From the NCBI GenBank assembly GCA_963705305.1, contig OY970067.1, forward strand, positions 5,152,001-5,216,000: DNA of 64,000 nucleotides. Reading direction: 5' to 3'. Under the pieces are notes generated by a model. The model ran no database searches. It worked only from the letters and a program-made list of their open reading frames with translations, and was not told the origin of the DNA. Below are positions 58,460 to 64,000 of this stretch, one piece after another (position 1 is the stretch's first letter; each line of letters begins with the position of its first letter). Source of the stretch: an uncultured Methylomirabilota bacterium. GTDB lineage: Bacteria; Methylomirabilota; Methylomirabilia; Methylomirabilales; 2-02-FULL-66-22. Made by a program: the position numbers and the translations under genes.

Positions 58460-59103
58460 ACGAGAAAGAGCTGATCGCGAGCCGGGCGGCCGCACTTCTG
58501 CAGCCTGGCTGGGTGGTCAATCTGGGGATTGGGATCCCCACCCTGCTTCCCCGGTTCATCGCTGCGGACTCCATCTGCTTCCAGACGGAAAATGGCCTGC
58601 TGGGCGTCGGTCCCCCGCCGGAGAAGGACCAGGTGGATCCGAACCTTGTGGATGCGGGGAAGCGGTCCGTGACGGCGCGGCCAGGCGCCGCTTTCTTTGA
58701 CAGCGCCGCGTCCTTCGCCATGATCCGGGGCGGCCACGTGGACGCGGTCGTCCTGGGGGCGCTCCAGGTGGACGAGCAGGGGCGGGTGGCGAACTGGCTG
58801 TTGCCCGGCGAGCCCGTCCTCGGCGTGGGCGGCGCCATGGACCTCATGTCGGGGGCCAGGACCGTCATCATCGTGATGCTCCACACCGCCAAGGACGGGG
58901 CGCCGAAGCTCGTGCGGGAGTGCTCCCTGCCGCTCACCTCGCTCAGGCCCGCAGGCTGGGTGGTGACCGAGATGGCCACCTTCCGTCACGACGATACAGG
59001 GCTCGCCCTGGTGGAGTGCGCGCCGGGCGTGTCGGTCGAGACCGTGCGTGCGCGGACGGGGGCGCAATTCCGGGAGGGCCTGCTGCTGGGCCGTGGGCGA
59101 TGA
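58456..59103 (+). CDS. 3-oxoacid CoA-transferase subunit B (PcaJ/AtoA-like)
   Basis: VNLGIGIPT, TENG, SFAMIRGGHVD, GGAMDL. Confidence 0.92.
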   Translation: MNEKELIASRAAALLQPGWVVNLGIGIPTLLPRFIAADSICFQTENGLLGVGPPPEKDQVDPNLVDAGKRSVTARPGAAFFDSAASFAMIRGGHVDAVVLGALQVDEQGRVANWLLPGEPVLGVGGAMDLMSGARTVIIVMLHTAKDGAPKLVRECSLPLTSLRPAGWVVTEMATFRHDDTGLALVECAPGVSVETVRARTGAQFREGLLLGRGR

Positions 59104-59173
59104 GGACACCCTGCTCCCCGCCCGCTGCAACCCCTTCCCTGGCCCGCGGGGCGATTCCCCTGGAGAGGGCGGC

Positions 59174-59935
59174 GTGACCTTCGACTTTGCAGGGCAGGTT
59201 GTGCTCATTACCGGGGGGGCCGGCGACATCGGCCGGGCCGCCGCTGGGGGTTTCCTGCGCGCCGGCGCCGGCCGGGTGGTGCTGCTCGACGCCGCGTCGG
59301 CGGCGCTGGCGCGCGCCGCCGACGAGCTGAGCCGTTCCCATCCGGGCCAGGTCCGCGGCGAGGTCGCCGACGTGGCCGACGTCGCGGCCACAGGCGATGT
59401 GGTCCGGCAAGTCCTCGCCACCGAGGGGCAAGTGGATGTGCTGTTCAACGTCGCCGGGGTGAACCGGCGCAAGCCAGCCCTGGACATCACGCCGGAGGAC
59501 TGGGACTACATCCTCGGGGTGAACCTGCGCGGCCTCTTCTTCATCACCCAGGCGGTGGGACGTCATATGGTGGCGCGTGGCCGCGGCGCAGTGGTGAGTG
59601 CCGCCAGCGTGTCCAGCGTGCGCGGTCACCCGAATCTCGCGCCGTACGCCGCCAGCAAAGGTGGCATCGCACAGCTCACGCGCGTCCTGGCGCACGAGTG
59701 GGCGCCATTTGGCGTGCGGGTGAACGCCGTCGCTCCCGGGTACCTGGAGACCGGCCTCACGCGCGATTATCTGGCCGACCCGGCGGTGCGGTCCGCCGTC
59801 CTCTCCAAGATCCCCTTGGGCCGCCTGGGCGGCCCCGCGGATCTGGTCGGCGCTGTACTCTTTCTGGCATCCAGCCTTGCCGCGTATGTAACCGGGCACA
59901 TCCTCTTCGTCGACGGCGGCCGAACTGTGGACTAG
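59174..59935 (+). CDS. SDR oxidoreductase
   Basis: TGGAGDIG, YAASKGG, NAVAPG, VDGG; GTG start after ggagaggg. Confidence 0.9.
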   Translation: MTFDFAGQVVLITGGAGDIGRAAAGGFLRAGAGRVVLLDAASAALARAADELSRSHPGQVRGEVADVADVAATGDVVRQVLATEGQVDVLFNVAGVNRRKPALDITPEDWDYILGVNLRGLFFITQAVGRHMVARGRGAVVSAASVSSVRGHPNLAPYAASKGGIAQLTRVLAHEWAPFGVRVNAVAPGYLETGLTRDYLADPAVRSAVLSKIPLGRLGGPADLVGAVLFLASSLAAYVTGHILFVDGGRTVD

Positions 59936-59945
59936 CGCGGGACGC

Positions 59946-61148
59946 GTGGGGGTCGAGTTGGTAGAAGCCTGGATCATCGATGCGGTCCGGACCCCGATTG
60001 GAAAGGCCGGCGGCCAGTTCGCCGCCGTGCGCCCCGACGACCTCGCTGCCGTCGTGTTGCGGGCTGTCCTTGACCGGCGAGGTCTCCCCGCCTCGGAGGT
60101 CGAGGACGTCTACCTGGGGTGCGCCAACCAGGCCGGGGAGGACAACCGCAATGTGGCCCGGATGAGTCTGCTCCTCGCCGGCTATCCAGAGTCGGTGCCG
60201 GGTGCCACCGTGAATCGCCTGTGCGGGTCAGGCATGGAGGCGGTCGTCCAGGCCGCGCGCGCTATCACGGCAGGGGACGGTCACGTATTCATCGCGGGCG
60301 GGATCGAGTCGATGTCGCGGGCTCCCTGGGCCATGCCCAAGCCGGACAAGCCCTTCACGCGCGGCAACGCTACCCTGTATGACACCGCGCTCGGGTGGCG
60401 CTTTGTGAACCCGCGGATGGAGGCCCTGGGCCACACGGAAACGCTGGGCCAGACAGCGGAGAATCTCGCCTCTGAGTACCACATTGCCCGGGAGGCCCAG
60501 GACCGCTTCGCCCTGGCGAGCCACCGGAAGGCGGTAGCGGCCCAGGACGCCGGCGCCTTCGCCGACGAGCTTGTGCCCGTCGATGTCAGGGAAGGGAAAG
60601 CGACGGCGGACGAGTGCCCGCGCCGGGACACCTCCCTCGAGAGACTGGCGAAGCTCGAGCCCGCCTTCCGGAAGGGAGGCAGCGTCACCGCCGGCAATTC
60701 GAGCCCGCTCAACGACGGGGCGGCGGCCCTTCTCGTCGTCTCCGACACTTACGCCCGCGCCCACGGGCTCGCGCCCCTGGCGCGCATCCTGAGCAGCGGC
60801 ACGGCCGGTGTCCCGCCGCGTGTCATGGGCATCGGTCCTGCCCCCGCTGCACAGAAGGCCCTAGAGCGGGCGCGGATCACCCTGACCGGGGTGGATCTCA
60901 TCGAACTCAACGAGGCCTTTGCCGCCCAGGCCCTCGCTGTCTTCGCTGCCTGGGGACTCGATGCTCAGGACCCCCGAGTCAACCCGCAGGGTGGGGCCAT
61001 TGCTCTCGGCCATCCGCTCGGGTGTTCGGGCGCGCGCATCATCACGACCCTCGTTCACAGCCTGCGCCGCCAGGGTAAGTCGATCGGTCTCGCATCGATG
61101 TGCATCGGCGTGGGGCAGGGGATTGCGCTGGTCGTAGAGCGGATATAG
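59946..61148 (+). CDS. Thiolase (PcaF/PaaJ-like 3-oxoadipyl-CoA thiolase)
   Basis: RPDDL, CANQAGEDNRNVARM, NRLCGSG, NEAFA, GHPLGCSG, MCIGVGQG. Confidence 0.92.
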   Translation: MGVELVEAWIIDAVRTPIGKAGGQFAAVRPDDLAAVVLRAVLDRRGLPASEVEDVYLGCANQAGEDNRNVARMSLLLAGYPESVPGATVNRLCGSGMEAVVQAARAITAGDGHVFIAGGIESMSRAPWAMPKPDKPFTRGNATLYDTALGWRFVNPRMEALGHTETLGQTAENLASEYHIAREAQDRFALASHRKAVAAQDAGAFADELVPVDVREGKATADECPRRDTSLERLAKLEPAFRKGGSVTAGNSSPLNDGAAALLVVSDTYARAHGLAPLARILSSGTAGVPPRVMGIGPAPAAQKALERARITLTGVDLIELNEAFAAQALAVFAAWGLDAQDPRVNPQGGAIALGHPLGCSGARIITTLVHSLRRQGKSIGLASMCIGVGQGIALVVERI

Positions 61149-61774
61149 AACAGGGCCGTCCAGATATCCTGTTCCTTCCCGAACCTCCTGGCGGCCGGGC
61201 AACTGACCAGCAACCCGCTTCCCTCGAAGCAAGCCCCCACAGCAATGACATTCGCCAGCGGCAGATACTCCGGGACGTCCGCCGCGGCCACCTTGCCTCT
61301 CGGGACGAACAGCACTCCCTTGAAGATGCTCACGAAATCCGCCAGGACGGCAGTGCCGCCCGCCGCCCGCGCGGGGTAGAACTTCAATGTGCGGAGCCCG
61401 GCGGAGACGGCGACCATGGCCTCGGATGCCATCTGGACACCCGGCAAAAACGGCAGCGGACTCCGGGCTGCCGCTTCGATGAGCGCCGGAGTCAACCCTG
61501 GGCTCAGGGCAAATTAGGCTCCCGCCGCCGCGGCCCGATCGAAATCCTCCGGCTGCCGGAGCGTTCCGGCCCCTACGGCCATCTCCTGGAACCTCTCCCG
61601 GATCGCCCGAATTCCCGCCATCCCCTCCGCGGTCCTCAGGGTGATTTCCATGACCCGAAGACCGCCGGCCAACAGGCTTTCGGCGATCCGGAGCCCCTCA
61701 TCCACCTTCCGGATCGTCATGATCGAGAGCACGCCCTGGCGGCCGAGGATCTGTCGAAGCGCTTCATCTTTCAT
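61055..61774 (-). pseudogene. eda: KDPG/KHG aldolase (Eda) pseudogene
   Basis: EITLRT, VGAGT, AGA*FALSPG (in-frame TAA at 61516-61514), PGV, KFYPA; the C-terminus decays and runs into the thiolase 3' end. Confidence 0.8.
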
Positions 61775-62373
61775 CGCGCACCTTCCCGACGGACCGCGTC
61801 GAGCAACGTATCCACCTGTCGATTCGGAGCCGCGCCATCTTCGTTGTCCAGCACGAGCTTCACATACCAGGGGATTTTATACGGGCCTCGGGCCAGGAAC
61901 TCGTTCCAGTGCTCGAGCTTCCATCGATCCCGCACCTCCCCCCGGACTTGCAGCCGTCGGTAGGCCGTCTCGGGTGACACGTGCACCCACACCGGAAAGA
62001 ACGCCGCCCTGCGGGACTGGCAGGCGTCTCGCATCCGGCCGGTCCAGACGGCATCGTCCAGCTCCGATGCCAATGGGGCGTCCAGCACCACGACCTTCCC
62101 CATCTCAAGGTGGTCGAAGGCCACGCCTTCGAGTACCTCGTATTGGAGCGGCCGGACATCCCGCCAATAGACGGGGCTGTCCCGGTCCACGCCGACCCCC
62201 AGCGCCGTCAGGAGCCTGTCCACCCACCTCCCGAGCACGAAGTCCTTATCGAGGAGCACAGCGTTCCCTATTCGACGCACCAGCTCGTGCCCGAGCCGCG
62301 TCTTGCCGGCGCAGGCCCCACGCTGCGCCCCCGTGAATCGGAAGCGTCCCGGCCTTACCGGATTCCCACCCAC
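61771..62373 (-). CDS. AAA_33-type P-loop kinase-like protein, 5' end apparently damaged
   Basis: GACAGKT, LLDKD, DRDSP.Y...VR...Y, VVLDAP, RGE.RD.WKL..W; the hydrophobic strand and a good start upstream of Walker A are missing. Confidence 0.7.
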   Translation of the reverse strand: MGGNPVRPGRFRFTGAQRGACAGKTRLGHELVRRIGNAVLLDKDFVLGRWVDRLLTALGVGVDRDSPVYWRDVRPLQYEVLEGVAFDHLEMGKVVVLDAPLASELDDAVWTGRMRDACQSRRAAFFPVWVHVSPETAYRRLQVRGEVRDRWKLEHWNEFLARGPYKIPWYVKLVLDNEDGAAPNRQVDTLLDAVRREGAR

Positions 62374-62613
62374 CGAATAAGGGTGCGCTAAAGAAAATCG
62401 CTCGAAGGCAAGGGACAACTCCTTCCGGGATCTTACGGCTATCTGGGGAACAGTTCGTACGCATGTATAGAAAGCGCTAGCCCGATTCCGAAAATATCTC
62501 ACCGCCAACCCCTGTAGACAATTTCGTGATTTATCTATTTGGCTGATTATGTAATTTGGCAGTACGATGGGAACAAACTCCCGAACCAGTACTCTTTCGG
62601 AGGGTGAGAGACA

Positions 62614-63204
62614 ATGCGAGAACAAACGATCGTCTATTTTGACAAGCCCGGCAGCGAGAACACCGAGGCAGTGCTCCGCCTTGCCAACAGACGGGCGCGG
62701 GAGCTCGGGATCACGAAGATCCTGGTCGCCTCCACTGTCGGGGAGACGGCGGTGAAAGCGATGGAGGTCTTCACGGGGCTGACGGTAGTCGTCGTGACCC
62801 ACGCCGCGGGGACCCGGGACCCGAACACCCAGGAGTTCACCGAGGCGAACCGGCAGCTCGTCGAGAAAAAAGAGGGCGTCCTGCTCACGGCGACCCATGC
62901 GCTGGGCGGGCTCGTACGGGCGATGAGCCAGGTGACGGGGCCGCTTCCGGGCCAGACCGGGGGGACGGTCGAGGCCGTCGCTCAGACCCTGCGGGTGCTC
63001 GGGCAGGGGATGAAGGTGGTCTGCGAGATCGCGGCGATGGCGGCAGACGCAGGCTTGGTCCGAACGGACGAGGAGGTGATTGCCATCGCCGGGACCGGGG
63101 CCGCCGGTCGGGGGGCGGACACCGCCGTCGTCGTGCAACCTGCCAATGCCTACAGATTCTTTGACACCCGGATCAAGGAGATTCTCTGCAAACCCCGCCT
63201 CTAA
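62614..63204 (+). CDS. Pyruvate-kinase alpha/beta (PK_C) domain-only protein
   Basis: YF.KPG.ENT, VAST.GETA, VVVTH, GQGMKV..EI..MAADAG, G.DTA, EILCKPR. Confidence 0.9.
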   Translation: MREQTIVYFDKPGSENTEAVLRLANRRARELGITKILVASTVGETAVKAMEVFTGLTVVVVTHAAGTRDPNTQEFTEANRQLVEKKEGVLLTATHALGGLVRAMSQVTGPLPGQTGGTVEAVAQTLRVLGQGMKVVCEIAAMAADAGLVRTDEEVIAIAGTGAAGRGADTAVVVQPANAYRFFDTRIKEILCKPRL

Positions 63205-63465
63205 CGGGTCGACGGAAAGTCCGCTTGCCCGAGAGACAAGAACTCTAGCAACGTCGATGGGCCGGGGAACACATCAAGGAGAGGAACACGGATTGCGTGT
63301 CGATCCCAGCCCCCCACACCCTCGGGAAGCTACTCGATGAGTCGCCTTGGACGCCTTGGAGACCAAATGGCCGACCCCGAGGAGAGCGTGTTCAGCGTCT
63401 GGCTGGCGGGGAGGCTTCGTTGGGATTGGTGAGAGCGGACTAATCTGACAAAAGGAGAAGCGAGG

Positions 63466-64000
63466 ATGGATGAAAAAATCGTCAGCTTATACTCGGACTA
63501 CATCCGTGGATCGCTAGCTCGTCGCGAGTTCCTCAAGAAATTGTCCGCGCTCGCTGGTGGCACGGCTGCGGCGAACGCCCTGCTGCCGTTGCTGGAACAG
63601 AGCCATGCGAGCGCCGAAGTAGTCGCCCAGAATGATCCTCGGCTCAGGACGGACGAGGTCCAATATCCTGGCGCAACAGGTGATGTGCGGGCCTATTGGG
63701 CGAGACCGAAAGGCGAGGGCAAACTCCCTGGCGTGATCATCGTCCATGAAAACAGGGGGCTGGTGCCCCATATCGAAGACGTGACCAGGCGGGTGGCGCT
63801 GGAGGGGTTTGTGGTGATGGCTCCGGACGCCTTATCGCCGCTCGGGCGGACGCCGGCAGATCCGGCTACCGCTCCAGCGATGATTCAGACGCTGGATCCG
63901 CAGGCGACCGCACAAAATTACCTCGCGGCGGTCAAGTATCTGATGAGCTCCCCCGCCTGCACTACCCGGGTGGGAGTCGTCGGCTTCTGTTGGGGTGGAG
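63466..64000 (+). CDS. Dienelactone hydrolase family protein (YghX-like), 3'-partial
   Basis: Not in the ORF track because it has no stop in the window. My translation gives MDEKIVSLYSDY...ARREFL (Tat-like), VHENRGL.PHIEDV.RR, APDALSPLG, VGFCWGG; RBS aaggag. Confidence 0.9.
   Translation, partial: MDEKIVSLYSDYIRGSLARREFLKKLSALAGGTAAANALLPLLEQSHASAEVVAQNDPRLRTDEVQYPGATGDVRAYWARPKGEGKLPGVIIVHENRGLVPHIEDVTRRVALEGFVVMAPDALSPLGRTPADPATAPAMIQTLDPQATAQNYLAAVKYLMSSPACTTRVGVVGFCWGG

Noticed and set aside
61514..61516. In-frame stop in eda as recoding (Sec/Pyl)
   Set aside because: The codon is TAA, not TGA/TAG, and the rest of the gene also shows decay.
62374..63138. N-terminal part of the 455-aa minus-strand ORF
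   Set aside because: Antisense to the PK_C-domain gene and spans its AT-rich promoter region; not protein-like.

Overview
High-GC bacterial chromosomal window. The gene style suggests a Methylomirabilota/Rokubacteria-like organism (inference only). No rRNA, tRNA or CRISPR array was seen. Contents in order: (1) a trehalose/compatible-solute operon (maltokinase-DUF5752 fusion, two TreT-type glycosyltransferases, a Ggs-like GT, an MscS-type TM protein, stand-alone DUF5752); (2) a TamB-Omp85-SurA-like outer-membrane operon; (3) a MITE-like element, then an ATP-grasp ligase/zinc-peptidase pair; (4) the most striking locus: a yybP-ykoY (Mn2+) riboswitch driving a DUF2294/MpsC gene, followed by two copies of an RNA leader motif I cannot assign to a known family, each fused to an intrinsic terminator and lying upstream of a second DUF2294 gene and of terC-usp; (5) housekeeping genes (NTP transferase, ubiD, 2-hydroxyacid dehydrogenase, MGMT-like, pfkA); (6) orphan signalling and small proteins; (7) a long catabolic/transport region (TRAP, GntR, DASS, PucG, SSS, AbgA-like, SDR, IolN, sugar ABC, XRE-cupin, LeuA-like, CoA-transferase/thiolase) with real pseudogenes (IclR, eda, kinase). 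Four otherwise intact genes each carry a single extra base, probably assembly errors. All family calls come from motif recognition by eye, not database searches.
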